Origin: Cytophagaceae bacterium
Lineage (GTDB): Bacteria; Bacteroidota; Bacteroidia; Cytophagales; JAIYAX01
Direction: 5' to 3'
Length of the DNA stretch: 64,000 bases
NCBI GenBank assembly: GCA_027488815.1
Contig: JAIYAX010000012.1
Coordinates: forward strand, 531,379 to 595,378
A model generated the notes under the pieces. It worked only from the letters and a program-made list of their open reading frames with translations. It did no database searches and had not been told where the DNA came from. Each line of letters opens with the position of its first letter. Within the stretch, counting starts at the first letter, position 1. This document shows, in pieces, positions 53,049 to 62,263 of the stretch. Made by a program: the position numbers and the translations under genes.

Positions 53049-55103
53049 ATGAAACTCATTTTAAAATTACTGCCAGTACTGCTGTTCTTCCTCTTTATTC
53101 AGCAGAATTCAAATGCTCAAGATACTCATCACCTAAGGATTGGCCGCATCGCTGGTAGTTCAAGTTTACCTTTGAACCCGGCTCTTGCTCCTTTTTATCA
53201 TGGAGTTGCTTCCGGCGACCCGCTAAGTGATCGTGTAATCATCTGGACCCGGGTAACTCCTCCCGGCAACGACACAACCATCAGTGTTACTTATTTCGTT
53301 TCCACAGATACCAATTTCACAACCATTGTCGCTACAGGACAGTTGAACACCGATACAGCAAGAGATTATACGGTAAAGGTGGATGTGACCGGATTGCAGC
53401 CCAACACGTATTACTACTATTATTTCAGGGCTCTAAACACGAATTCCATCGCTGGAAGAGCTAAGACAGCTCCAACAGGTACACAATCCAATCATTTGAA
53501 GTTTGCCATTGTTTCTTGTAATAACTACAACGGAGGATATTTCAGCGCATTCAGAAGAATTGCTTCCAGAAATGATGTTGATGCCGTTATCCACTTGGGA
53601 GACTATATCTATGAATATGACTCAATAGGTTACCGCAACTCCGGACTGCCTACCAACAGATTCAACATTCCATCCAATGAAATTGTAAGCCTGGCTGATT
53701 ACCGCACAAGGTATTCGCTCTACCGCCTCGATCCTGACCTAAGAGAAGTTCATCGTCAGCAAAGCTTCATCACGATCTGGGATGATCACGAGTCTACCAA
53801 TGACAGCTACAAAGACGGAGCGGAGAATCACCAACCAGCCACCGAAGGGAATTGGTTTGTGAGAAAGGCAGTAAGTAAAAGGGTGTATTTCGAGTGGATG
53901 CCTATCAGAAATACAGTGGATACCAGCATCTATCGCAAAATATCATACGGTAATTTAGCAGAGCTTATCATGATAGATACTCGTCTTGAAGGCAGAATGC
54001 AGCCTCCGGTGAACTTTAACGACCCTGATACTTTGCCAAGAACCATGTTAGGTTCCACCCAATTCAATTGGTTTACTCAGAATTTGAAAAACTCAACTGC
54101 CCGCTGGAAGATCATCGGCAACCAGATCCTTTTCTCAACTACCAATGTGGGTTTTGCAGCACCTTCCGGTGCAGTTACCAATATTGACTCAATAAAGTCA
54201 GTAGAGAACTTATTCATTGACAACTGGGAATCTTATCCTGTGCAACGTAACCGCATCATTGATACGCTGAGAAACAACAACATCAACAATGTGGTATTTG
54301 TGACCGGAGACTCTCATGCAAGCTGGGCATTTGATGTGACCAAGCAGCCTGTCAGATATCCTGTTGCTTTGTTCAACAACATTCCACAACCAAATACTTA
54401 TGACACGGTGACCAGAGAAGGGTATACGGCTTCAACAGGTGCAGGCTCATGGGCTGTGGAGTATGGCACACCTTCTATTTCTTCACAAAACTTCGATGAG
54501 GCAGTCGGTGCGGCTACTGCTGCAGGTTTTGAATTGGCGATCAATAATCCTCAGCCACTGTTAGGCGGAGCAAATTACAATCCTCATCTGAAGTATGTAG
54601 ACCTTGATCGTCACGGATACATCCTGCTGGACGTGAAACAAGACTCTGTACAAGCTGACTTCTATTTTGTTCAAAATGTATTGACTCAGAACAGCACAGA
54701 ATCATTTGGCGGAATTGGCGCAACAACCAGACATCTGGAGAACAGAGTAAGAAGAAACACTCTGGCCACTGGTCCTAAATCTACACAAGCATTGCAAGCT
54801 CCTTCGGCTTTTGGAGGTCCTTTAGGATTGGGCAACAGGACCAATACTCTTGAAGTGCTGAATATGTTCCCGAACCCGGCAACTGAGTTTGTGATGCTCA
54901 ACCTTACAACCTTGAAAAAGCAAATTCTTAACATCAAACTGATTGATATGAGCGGCAAGGTGGTGCGTGTATTTGACCGTGGTCTTCAGGACAGTGGTTA
55001 CCATCAGTTGTTCCTTGAGCTTGACGGTCTCCAAAAAGGACAGTACATCTGCAGCATTCAGTCAGGTGAAGAAACTATGATCAAAAAGCTGATCATCAAG
55101 TAA
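53049..55103 (+). CDS. phoD: Alkaline phosphatase D (PhoD) family protein with T9SS C-terminal sorting domain
   Basis: It has a signal peptide, the PhoD N-terminal GVASGDP motif and metallophosphatase motifs (HLGDYIYEY, WDDHE, TGDSH). The C-terminal LNMFPNPATEFVMLNL...GQYICSIQSGEETMIKKLIIK is a T9SS CTD. Confidence 0.88.
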   Translation: MKLILKLLPVLLFFLFIQQNSNAQDTHHLRIGRIAGSSSLPLNPALAPFYHGVASGDPLSDRVIIWTRVTPPGNDTTISVTYFVSTDTNFTTIVATGQLNTDTARDYTVKVDVTGLQPNTYYYYYFRALNTNSIAGRAKTAPTGTQSNHLKFAIVSCNNYNGGYFSAFRRIASRNDVDAVIHLGDYIYEYDSIGYRNSGLPTNRFNIPSNEIVSLADYRTRYSLYRLDPDLREVHRQQSFITIWDDHESTNDSYKDGAENHQPATEGNWFVRKAVSKRVYFEWMPIRNTVDTSIYRKISYGNLAELIMIDTRLEGRMQPPVNFNDPDTLPRTMLGSTQFNWFTQNLKNSTARWKIIGNQILFSTTNVGFAAPSGAVTNIDSIKSVENLFIDNWESYPVQRNRIIDTLRNNNINNVVFVTGDSHASWAFDVTKQPVRYPVALFNNIPQPNTYDTVTREGYTASTGAGSWAVEYGTPSISSQNFDEAVGAATAAGFELAINNPQPLLGGANYNPHLKYVDLDRHGYILLDVKQDSVQADFYFVQNVLTQNSTESFGGIGATTRHLENRVRRNTLATGPKSTQALQAPSAFGGPLGLGNRTNTLEVLNMFPNPATEFVMLNLTTLKKQILNIKLIDMSGKVVRVFDRGLQDSGYHQLFLELDGLQKGQYICSIQSGEETMIKKLIIK

Positions 55104-55135
55104 TTGATTTTTCTCATACGTTAGCGGTGATGAAG

Positions 55136-55164
55136 AGCGGGCAGATTGTCCGCTTTTCTCTTTT
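55136..55164 (+). terminator. Hairpin terminator after phoD
   Basis: The stem agcgggc / gtccgct contains one G:U pair and has a 5-nt loop. It is followed by the T-rich tract ttttctctttt. Confidence 0.6.
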
Positions 55165-55207
55165 CAAGACCTTCTGTTAACTTGAGGCTTCGTTTCGATC
55201 GAAGTTT

Positions 55208-55513
55208 ATGGAACAAAGATTTCAATCCTTCAAAGAATTTTACCCCTTTTACCTGACGGAGCATCAGCACCCGGTAAGCAGAAAGTTGCATTTTGTAGGT
55301 ACCGGACTTGTTTTTGTGGCGTTGGCACTTGCGCTGGTTTATGGGAAATGGTGGCTTTGGTTGGCAATTCCTGTGCTGGGTTATGGCTTTGCATGGGTAG
55401 GTCATTATTTCTTTGAGAAAAACAAACCGGCCACTTTTCAATACCCACTCTATAGCCTGGGCTCAGATTTCAAGCTATTCTTTGAAATACTCATTGGTAA
55501 GCAAAAGCTTTAA
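55208..55513 (+). CDS. DUF962 (Mpo1-like) membrane protein
   Basis: The segment FKEFYPFYLTEHQHPVSRKLHFVGT plus two TM helices and the motif HYFFEKNKPATF match the DUF962 pattern. Confidence 0.75.
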   Translation: MEQRFQSFKEFYPFYLTEHQHPVSRKLHFVGTGLVFVALALALVYGKWWLWLAIPVLGYGFAWVGHYFFEKNKPATFQYPLYSLGSDFKLFFEILIGKQKL

Positions 55514-55522
55514 TCCGGCTGC

Positions 55523-56347
55523 ATGATATCGTTTCCTGGGGCAAAGATCAATCTGGGTTTATGGGTGACTGAAAAAAGAGCCGATGGCTATCATTCACTA
55601 GAATCAGTTTTCTATCCTATCCGGTGGACTGATGCAGTAGAGCTTGTTCCATCCGACCAAACCAGCCTGGAAATCAGTGGGCGTGAGGTTCCCGGATCCA
55701 TTGAATCCAACCTGATGTACAGAGCCTGGCAAAAAATGGATGATCTTTTCAAGATTGGGCCTGTTGCAATGTACCTACATAAAGTGGTACCTATGGGTGC
55801 CGGTTTGGGAGGAGGATCAGCCAATGCCGCTGCCATAATCAACCTCATAGATCATCAATTTGCTCTTGGGTTAATAGCTGAAGAGCGCCGTTCGATAGCT
55901 TCAGGCTTAGGGAGTGATTGTGCATTTTTCATTGAGTCTATCCCATGCTTTGCATCCGGAAAAGGAGAACTACTCCATCCCATTGCCCTCAACCTAAATG
56001 CCTACAGCCTAGTAGTGATCCATCCGGGAATCATCAGCAGTACAGCAGAGGCTTATCAAAACATCAAACCTCAACCGGCGAAGTACAACCTTGCATATCT
56101 TCCCGACTTATTACCGGAGTATTGGAAAGGAGTGGTAGCAAATGATTTTGAAGAAGGGATCTTTCGGAAGTACCCTGAGGTAAAGGAACTGAAAGAAAAG
56201 CTGTATAAAAACGGGGCCCTATATGCGGCCATGTCCGGCTCCGGATCGGCGGTCTTCGGTTTGTTTAAGAAAACTCCAGCGATAGAGCTATTGCAACTGC
56301 CCTCACACTATTCCTGGTTCATTCAAACGGAGGAAGGATCGGACTGA
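55523..56347 (+). CDS. ispE: 4-(cytidine 5'-diphospho)-2-C-methyl-D-erythritol kinase
   Basis: It has the N-terminus FPGAKINLGL and the GHMP kinase motif PMGAGLGGGSANAAA. Confidence 0.92.
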   Translation: MISFPGAKINLGLWVTEKRADGYHSLESVFYPIRWTDAVELVPSDQTSLEISGREVPGSIESNLMYRAWQKMDDLFKIGPVAMYLHKVVPMGAGLGGGSANAAAIINLIDHQFALGLIAEERRSIASGLGSDCAFFIESIPCFASGKGELLHPIALNLNAYSLVVIHPGIISSTAEAYQNIKPQPAKYNLAYLPDLLPEYWKGVVANDFEEGIFRKYPEVKELKEKLYKNGALYAAMSGSGSAVFGLFKKTPAIELLQLPSHYSWFIQTEEGSD

Positions 56348-56751
56348 GGGCCTCTGCGCAACCGTTTTTTCTCACTTTGTCTCTCCTTCATTCTAAGTCT
56401 GCTTTGAATCGCCGCTTTCCCTGGTTTTGTGGCCAACCTTTTCTTTTTGACAACAAGGGCAGCACTCAGCAGGTGTTTCAATTTCAAGACTGCCTTTTTC
56501 CTGTTTGACCATTGTGATCGACCGCTTTCTTCGTTGAGGCTTAAAATACCATCAGCATGGATGAAGCGCTTAAGTTTTAATCTGATTCGATCTTTTTCAT
56601 CCGGACTAAAATCCGGGAATTGGTCAAGATCAAAGTGCAAGGTGACTTTGGTGCTGACTTTGTTCACGTTCTGTCCGCCTGCACCCCCGCTTCTCGAAAA
56701 TTGAAGACTGATATAAGGCAACAGCTTTTCCTCGGATAGTTCAGGCAGCAT
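56323..56751 (-). CDS. arfB: Alternative ribosome-rescue factor ArfB (peptidyl-tRNA hydrolase, RF-1 domain)
   Basis: It has the GGQ motif in SGGAGGQNVNKVSTKV, is about 140 aa, and has a strongly basic C-terminal tail (KKKRLATKPGK...RLRMKERQSEKKRLRR). Confidence 0.88.
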   Translation of the reverse strand: MLPELSEEKLLPYISLQFSRSGGAGGQNVNKVSTKVTLHFDLDQFPDFSPDEKDRIRLKLKRFIHADGILSLNEESGRSQWSNRKKAVLKLKHLLSAALVVKKKRLATKPGKAAIQSRLRMKERQSEKKRLRRGPQSDPSSV

Positions 56752-57637
56752 TTGCAGCTTTACGGTTGGTTAAAAACGGATGTGCAATGACAGAGCCCAA
56801 AACGATGGCTGTGCCTGCATAAAATCCCAGACTCAGCGCTTTGTCTTCGCCAAAAAACACTATCGCCATCACAATGCCGTACACCGGTTCGAGGTTTACG
56901 GTCAGGTTCACCGTAAATGCACTTAGTCGTTTCATTAACTCAGTAGAAGCGGCAAAAGGATATACAGTACATAAAAAGGCCAGAATACTCAGCCACAGGA
57001 GATCCATGCTGCTCACTGAGGCGTTGGCCCATTGTTCCTGACCCAAAGCCACTTGAAAGGCAAAATAAACCAAAGTGGTAAAAAATGCCGCCCACATTTC
57101 GTAAAACGTGATTTTGTAGGCCTCAATCCTTTTGACCAATCGGGAATTGATTACGGAGAACAAGGCCGAAAGCAATGCAGAAAATATTGCGACCAGTAAT
57201 CCCAGCCAATAATTTCCCTGGAAATAGAAAATCGCATAAATGCCAATGATAACAGTAAAGCCCAGGATGATCTCTGTCTTTTTAAAGGGCCTTTTGTTGA
57301 TCATCGGCTCCATGAACGATGTCCAAAGTGAAACTGTAGAGAGACCTGCCAGGCAGACGGAAACGTTGGAAATTCGTGCAGCCTGGAAGAAAAAGATCCA
57401 GTGAAAAGCAATGATCACTCCGGTACCCAACAGCTTGAGTACATCTGCCACCGGTAGCGTTAGGTCTGTTTTTTTTAAAAGCAGCAGCAGACCCAAAAGA
57501 AAGCCGGCCAATAAAGTGCGCCACATCACCAAAACGGTGGGGCTAGTGGAAATCAGTACTCCAAGTATGGCTGTAAATCCCCAAATGAAGACAATGAAAT
57601 GAAGTTCGGCATAGTCCCGAAGGGTTTGTCTGCGCAT
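56741..57637 (-). CDS. EamA/DMT-family transporter
   Basis: It has ten predicted TM helices in two EamA-like halves. The Met at 57637 (MRRQTLRDYAELHF) avoids overlap with the upstream gene. Confidence 0.75.
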   Translation of the reverse strand: MRRQTLRDYAELHFIVFIWGFTAILGVLISTSPTVLVMWRTLLAGFLLGLLLLLKKTDLTLPVADVLKLLGTGVIIAFHWIFFFQAARISNVSVCLAGLSTVSLWTSFMEPMINKRPFKKTEIILGFTVIIGIYAIFYFQGNYWLGLLVAIFSALLSALFSVINSRLVKRIEAYKITFYEMWAAFFTTLVYFAFQVALGQEQWANASVSSMDLLWLSILAFLCTVYPFAASTELMKRLSAFTVNLTVNLEPVYGIVMAIVFFGEDKALSLGFYAGTAIVLGSVIAHPFLTNRKAANAA

Positions 57638-57642
57638 AGTCT

Positions 57643-58728
57643 TTATTGAGGAATGGTTTTGTAAAGTGTAAGACCAATGCTGCCAAATATCAGATTTGGG
57701 AGCCACACCGCCAGCAAAGGAGGCAGGTCACCTGCCATGGCGATGTTTTTACTAACCATCACAAAAAAGATATAAATGAATGCGAGTACAAAGCCGAAGG
57801 CAATCTGAATACTGGCGCCCCCTCGTACCTTTCTTGCTGATAAGATCACCCCAATAATGGTGAGGATAAGAATGGCAAAAGGATAGGCATCTCGTTCATA
57901 GCGCTCGATGATATAGAGCTCAATTCCATCTGTTCCTCTCAGCTTCATCTCTGAAATTTTAGCTTCAAGGGCATCGTTGGTGAGCATCTCATTCAACTTA
58001 TATTCGTTTTCAAAATCCTTTGGCAACAAATTGATCGTAGTGTCAACAAAAGGGAGGTAGGCAAAAGTTTCTTTTGTCCCTTCGATGGTACGAACCACAC
58101 AGTTGTCCAACCTCCAGTTTTGCTGATCTTCATTCCAACTGATGCGGGTGGCACTCAGCTTTGATTTGAGCTCAGTATCTTGAAGTGTCTCCAGGGTAAA
58201 TCGGTATCCTGATTTTACGGTATTTGAATAGCTCTCCAGATAGGCATAGGTATCTTGGGCTATTCTAAGGTGCACATTGCGCCCTTCGAAACTATAGGGC
58301 TGCTTCACATATTTCCGTTCAAATTCTATTCGGGTGACATTGGTATTTGGGATGACCCATCCCACCAGGAAGTAAATGATTACGGCTACCACCACTGAGC
58401 CCACAAAGAAGGGAGCCAGAAACCTTACAAAGCTTACTCCGCTGCTTAGAATCGCTACCACTTCCGTATGTGCGGCCATTCTGGAGGTCACAAATACGGT
58501 TGAAATGAAGATCATTAAAGGGCTGAGTTGATTAGCCCAGTAAGGCAGGTATGAAATGAAATAGTCTAGGATTTCATTTCCCGGTGCTTTGTTCTTGATG
58601 AAATCTCCGTTTCGCTCAGTGAACTCAATCACACATAGTACTGCCAGTAAGATCAGTACAACGAAAATATAAGTGGTCAGTAGTTTGCCGAAAATGTATC
58701 TGTCAAGCAAATAGGGTTTGAAACGCAT
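57643..58728 (-). CDS. LptF/LptG-family LPS export permease
   Basis: The N-terminus MRFKPYLLDRYIFGKLL, three TM helices, a periplasmic beta-jellyroll and three further TM helices are typical of the YjgP/YjgQ family. The Met at 58728 lies directly after the tgt stop. Confidence 0.85.
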   Translation of the reverse strand: MRFKPYLLDRYIFGKLLTTYIFVVLILLAVLCVIEFTERNGDFIKNKAPGNEILDYFISYLPYWANQLSPLMIFISTVFVTSRMAAHTEVVAILSSGVSFVRFLAPFFVGSVVVAVIIYFLVGWVIPNTNVTRIEFERKYVKQPYSFEGRNVHLRIAQDTYAYLESYSNTVKSGYRFTLETLQDTELKSKLSATRISWNEDQQNWRLDNCVVRTIEGTKETFAYLPFVDTTINLLPKDFENEYKLNEMLTNDALEAKISEMKLRGTDGIELYIIERYERDAYPFAILILTIIGVILSARKVRGGASIQIAFGFVLAFIYIFFVMVSKNIAMAGDLPPLLAVWLPNLIFGSIGLTLYKTIPQ

Positions 58729-58730
58729 GA

Positions 58731-59867
58731 TTAGCTGATTTTGCGGCTGATGACAGGGATTATTTGCTCCTTCCAGGATGTAAAAGTATCGTCCAGAATA
58801 TGCTTTCTGGCTTCCTGAACCAGCCAAAGATAGAAGCTAAGGTTTTGCTCTGATGCAATCATTGCGCCCAAAATTTCACCGGAATTCACCAAGTGCCTCA
58901 GATAGGCTTTGCTGTAGGTATTGGAATTGTATTGTGTTAGACCAGGGTCAATAGGGCTCAGGTCGTTTTTCCATCTTTCATTTCGTATGTTGATGATTCC
59001 TTGTGAGGTGAATAGCATTCCATTTCGTGCGTTTCGTGTTGGCATGACGCAATCAAAAAAATCTATTCCCCGATCGATACATTCGATCAGGTTGGCAGGT
59101 GTACCCACCCCCATCAGGTATCTTGCTTTTTCTTGAGGCAGGATATCTGTGACAAGATCTGTCATCTGGTATAAATCTTCAACCGGTTCCCCTACACTCA
59201 GTCCGCCGATTGCTATGCCTTCCCATTCCATGGCTGCAATGTGCTCTGCCGATTGCACACGCAATTCTGGGTAGACCGACCCTTGAACAATAGGAAAAAG
59301 ACATTGCGGATAGCCATACATGCCGCTTCCGGCCTCAAAGGCAGTTCTGCACCGCTGTAGCCAACGATGGGTTAAGTCAAGAGATTTTTTGGCGTACCCA
59401 TGCTCACAAGGGTAGGGGGTACATTCATCAAAAGCCATGATGATGTCAGCCCCGATGGATCGCTGAATCCCCATGACCGACTCTGGAGTGAACAGGTGAG
59501 AAGAACCATCGATATGTGATTTGAAGGTGACACCTTCCTCTGAAATTTTTCTGTTTTCGCCCAATGAATACACCTGATAGCCACCACTATCCGTCAGAAG
59601 GGGCTTGTTCCATTGAATAAAACCATGCAATCCTCCGGCAGCCTCCAATAGTTCAGTCCCCGGCCTTAGGTAAAGGTGGTACGTATTTCCAAGGATGATT
59701 TGTGCACGAATTTCATTTTTTAAGACCCTTTGCTCTACTGCTTTTACCGTTCCAGCGGTACCAACCGGCATAAAAATGGGTGTCTCGATCGATCCGTGTG
59801 CCGTTTCAAAGATGCCGGCACGTGATTTTGAGCCGGAGGCTGTATGAAGCAGGGTAAAAGAACTCAT
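58731..59867 (-). CDS. tgt: tRNA-guanosine(34) transglycosylase
   Basis: It has the segments RAGIFETAHGSIETPIFMPVGT and LTDSGGYQ plus a zinc-site region. The start is ambiguous (59867 is preferred by alignment to MKFEL-type N-termini, with alternatives at 59888 and 59915). Confidence 0.93.
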   Translation of the reverse strand: MSSFTLLHTASGSKSRAGIFETAHGSIETPIFMPVGTAGTVKAVEQRVLKNEIRAQIILGNTYHLYLRPGTELLEAAGGLHGFIQWNKPLLTDSGGYQVYSLGENRKISEEGVTFKSHIDGSSHLFTPESVMGIQRSIGADIIMAFDECTPYPCEHGYAKKSLDLTHRWLQRCRTAFEAGSGMYGYPQCLFPIVQGSVYPELRVQSAEHIAAMEWEGIAIGGLSVGEPVEDLYQMTDLVTDILPQEKARYLMGVGTPANLIECIDRGIDFFDCVMPTRNARNGMLFTSQGIINIRNERWKNDLSPIDPGLTQYNSNTYSKAYLRHLVNSGEILGAMIASEQNLSFYLWLVQEARKHILDDTFTSWKEQIIPVISRKIS

Positions 59868-59946
59868 CGGATGTTCAAAGGTCGTCATATTTCGATTCTC
59901 TTTCAAAAAGCCCACAGATACTAATCTATCTTTGTCCTGAAACCCG

Positions 59947-61029
59947 ATGACTCTGTTTCTGTTATATTTTAGTCTTGGCTCCCTGATCGTATATTTTTTA
60001 CTCAGTTTCAGTGAATATCTTCTGGTCAGAAAGTACAGTCAGTCTACAACATGTAAGGAAAGTACTCCTGAGCCTTACACCCTGATCGTTGTGGCTAAAA
60101 ATGAGGCCGGCCAATTCACCCGCTTATTATCCTATGTTAATGAGCAAACCTGTTTACCCCAGAAGTGCATCATCGTGCTGGACGATACAGAAGATGACTC
60201 ATTGGAAGTCATAAGATCCAAAGCACTAAGTTATGTTGAGGTATTGAGTTCGAGTTCAGGTAAAAAGAAGGGAATTGAGATGGCCATTTCTCAAGCAACT
60301 ACAGATGCTCTTTTGCTTTTGGATGCTGACTGTGTCCCGTTAGATCGGAGTTGGGCTAAGCGAATGATCTATCATCTGGAGGGAAATGAGGCAGTTGTTG
60401 GATTCTCAGGATTTGAACCTTCACAGGAATTCCTGAAGATGCTTAACCAGTGGGAAGCCATACAGAGTTTCCTTACAGGATTGGTTTTTCATCAAATTGG
60501 CCTCAGTTATTATGCTACCGGACGTAATCTTGCCTATCGTAAATCGGCTTTTGAGAAGGCAGGAGGTTTTAGTAGAATTGATCATTTTCAGGGAGGCGAT
60601 GATGACCTGATGATTCAAAAGTTTAAGGCTGCTGGACACAAAATAAGTTATACCTTGGAGAAAAGTACTCAAACTCAGTCCAAGGCAAAATCGACCTGGA
60701 GCGAATGGTTGAAACAAAAAAGCAGACACCAGTTTAGCGGAAAATATTATTCGGCGACTTTGATATTCCTACTTTGGGCCATCGGCTTTTTGGCTCCGGC
60801 TTTCCTGATCAGTTGTCTGCTGTTGGCTTTTTTTAATTCGTTTTGGTCTTCTTTCATTTTTTTATTGACCTTCTTTGGACTTGGAGTATTTACAGGTATG
60901 GCACACAAGCGATTGTTCTTAAATCAGAAACAGATTTGGTATGTTCCGGCATTTGAAATTATTTTGCCTGTAGTAAAAGCGTATGTATCTATTCAGGTCG
61001 CTTTGAAGTCAACGATTTCATGGAGATAG
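59947..61029 (+). CDS. Membrane-bound glycosyltransferase family 2 protein
   Basis: It has an N-terminal TM helix, a GT-A core (IVVAKNEA ... LDADCVP ... GRNLAYRK) and C-terminal TM helices. Confidence 0.75.
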   Translation: MTLFLLYFSLGSLIVYFLLSFSEYLLVRKYSQSTTCKESTPEPYTLIVVAKNEAGQFTRLLSYVNEQTCLPQKCIIVLDDTEDDSLEVIRSKALSYVEVLSSSSGKKKGIEMAISQATTDALLLLDADCVPLDRSWAKRMIYHLEGNEAVVGFSGFEPSQEFLKMLNQWEAIQSFLTGLVFHQIGLSYYATGRNLAYRKSAFEKAGGFSRIDHFQGGDDDLMIQKFKAAGHKISYTLEKSTQTQSKAKSTWSEWLKQKSRHQFSGKYYSATLIFLLWAIGFLAPAFLISCLLLAFFNSFWSSFIFLLTFFGLGVFTGMAHKRLFLNQKQIWYVPAFEIILPVVKAYVSIQVALKSTISWR

Positions 61030-61631
61030 AAGACCGGGAGTTTTCACAGAAGGCCAAAGAAGATTTTCGGCTTGTTGAGCGGGCCGTTCAGGATAAGGAC
61101 CAGAAGGCTTATGCGGAGCTTATGCGCCGGTATAAGAAAGCTGTTTTCCATACCATCCTTAAAATGATTCGCAATGTGGATGACGCTGAAGACCTTACTA
61201 TTGAGGCATTTGCCAAGGCGTTCCGAAATTTGCATAAATTCAATCCTGAGTACACTTTCAGTACATGGTTGTTTAGAATTGCCACCAACAACTGCATTGA
61301 TTTTATCCGTAAAAAGAAGATTGATACCACCAGCATTCATTCAGCCTATGTGGACTCTGATGGCACTCAGGTATCGATTGATCTGAGAGACAATAATTTA
61401 AACCCTCAGGAAGAAGCGATAAAAGGTCAAAAGATCATGATCATGCAGTACATCGTGAACAAGCTTCCACCCAGGTACCAAACCCTCATCAGGCTGAGGT
61501 ATTTTGATGAGTTGGCTTATGAGGAGATTGCTCAGGAGCTTGAACTTCCTTTGGGTACTGTCAAGGCGCAATTGCATCGTGCCCGTGAACTGCTCTATGA
61601 CATGGTGAAAGACAACAAAAGCCATATATGA
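61020..61631 (+). CDS. RNA polymerase sigma-70 family factor (ECF-like, regions 2 and 4 only)
   Basis: Region 2 is AYAELMRRYKKAVFHTI...DAEDLTIEAFAKAF and FSTWLFRIATNNCIDFIRKKK. Region 4 is YQTLIRLRYFDELAYEEIAQELELPLGTVKAQLHRAR. Confidence 0.85.
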   Translation: MEIEDREFSQKAKEDFRLVERAVQDKDQKAYAELMRRYKKAVFHTILKMIRNVDDAEDLTIEAFAKAFRNLHKFNPEYTFSTWLFRIATNNCIDFIRKKKIDTTSIHSAYVDSDGTQVSIDLRDNNLNPQEEAIKGQKIMIMQYIVNKLPPRYQTLIRLRYFDELAYEEIAQELELPLGTVKAQLHRARELLYDMVKDNKSHI

Positions 61632-62263
61632 GCGAGCTTGGTGTGTCGCTCATTTACCAGTATTTTCCGGAGCTTAGCGACCTTCAAAAGCAACAATTTG
61701 CTGAGTTACTGCCTTTGTATGAGGATTGGAATCAGAAAGTGAATGTGATCAGCCGAAAGGATATGGAAGCATTTTACATTCACCATGTGCTCCATTCGCT
61801 GGCCATTGCCCGATTGTTTGAGTTTGAAGAGGCTGACCTTATCCTGGATCTGGGAACAGGAGGTGGATTCCCAGGTATTCCCCTGGCTATTTTGTTTCCT
61901 CAAACAAAATTCACCTTGATTGACTCGATTGGCAAAAAGATAAAAGTCGTGGAGGATGTTGTTCAGCAATTAAAGTTGACCAACGTAACAGCCATTCATG
62001 GAAGAGCCGAGCAGGCAAAAGGTAAATTTGACTTTATCATCACACGAGGCGTCGCTCCCATGTCTGAAATAAAGCACTGGGTAGGGAATAAAATTCGTAA
62101 AACAACGAACTGGAAATCCCCTCATGGGATCATATTCCTCAAAGGAGGTGACTTGAGCGAAGAAATCGCTAGAACCGGTCAGAGTTGCCTTGAACGAAAC
62201 ATCTCTGACTGGTTTAAGGAGCCTTTCTTTGAAACCAAGAAATTGGTTTTTCTTGAAATTTAG
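61628..62263 (+). CDS. rsmG: 16S rRNA (guanine527-N7)-methyltransferase
   Basis: It has the GidB pattern: WNQKVNVIS, HHVLHSL, the SAM motif DLGTGGGFPGIPLAI, and TLIDSIGKK. Its ATG overlaps the sigma-factor stop (ATGA). Confidence 0.9.
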   Translation: MSELGVSLIYQYFPELSDLQKQQFAELLPLYEDWNQKVNVISRKDMEAFYIHHVLHSLAIARLFEFEEADLILDLGTGGGFPGIPLAILFPQTKFTLIDSIGKKIKVVEDVVQQLKLTNVTAIHGRAEQAKGKFDFIITRGVAPMSEIKHWVGNKIRKTTNWKSPHGIIFLKGGDLSEEIARTGQSCLERNISDWFKEPFFETKKLVFLEI

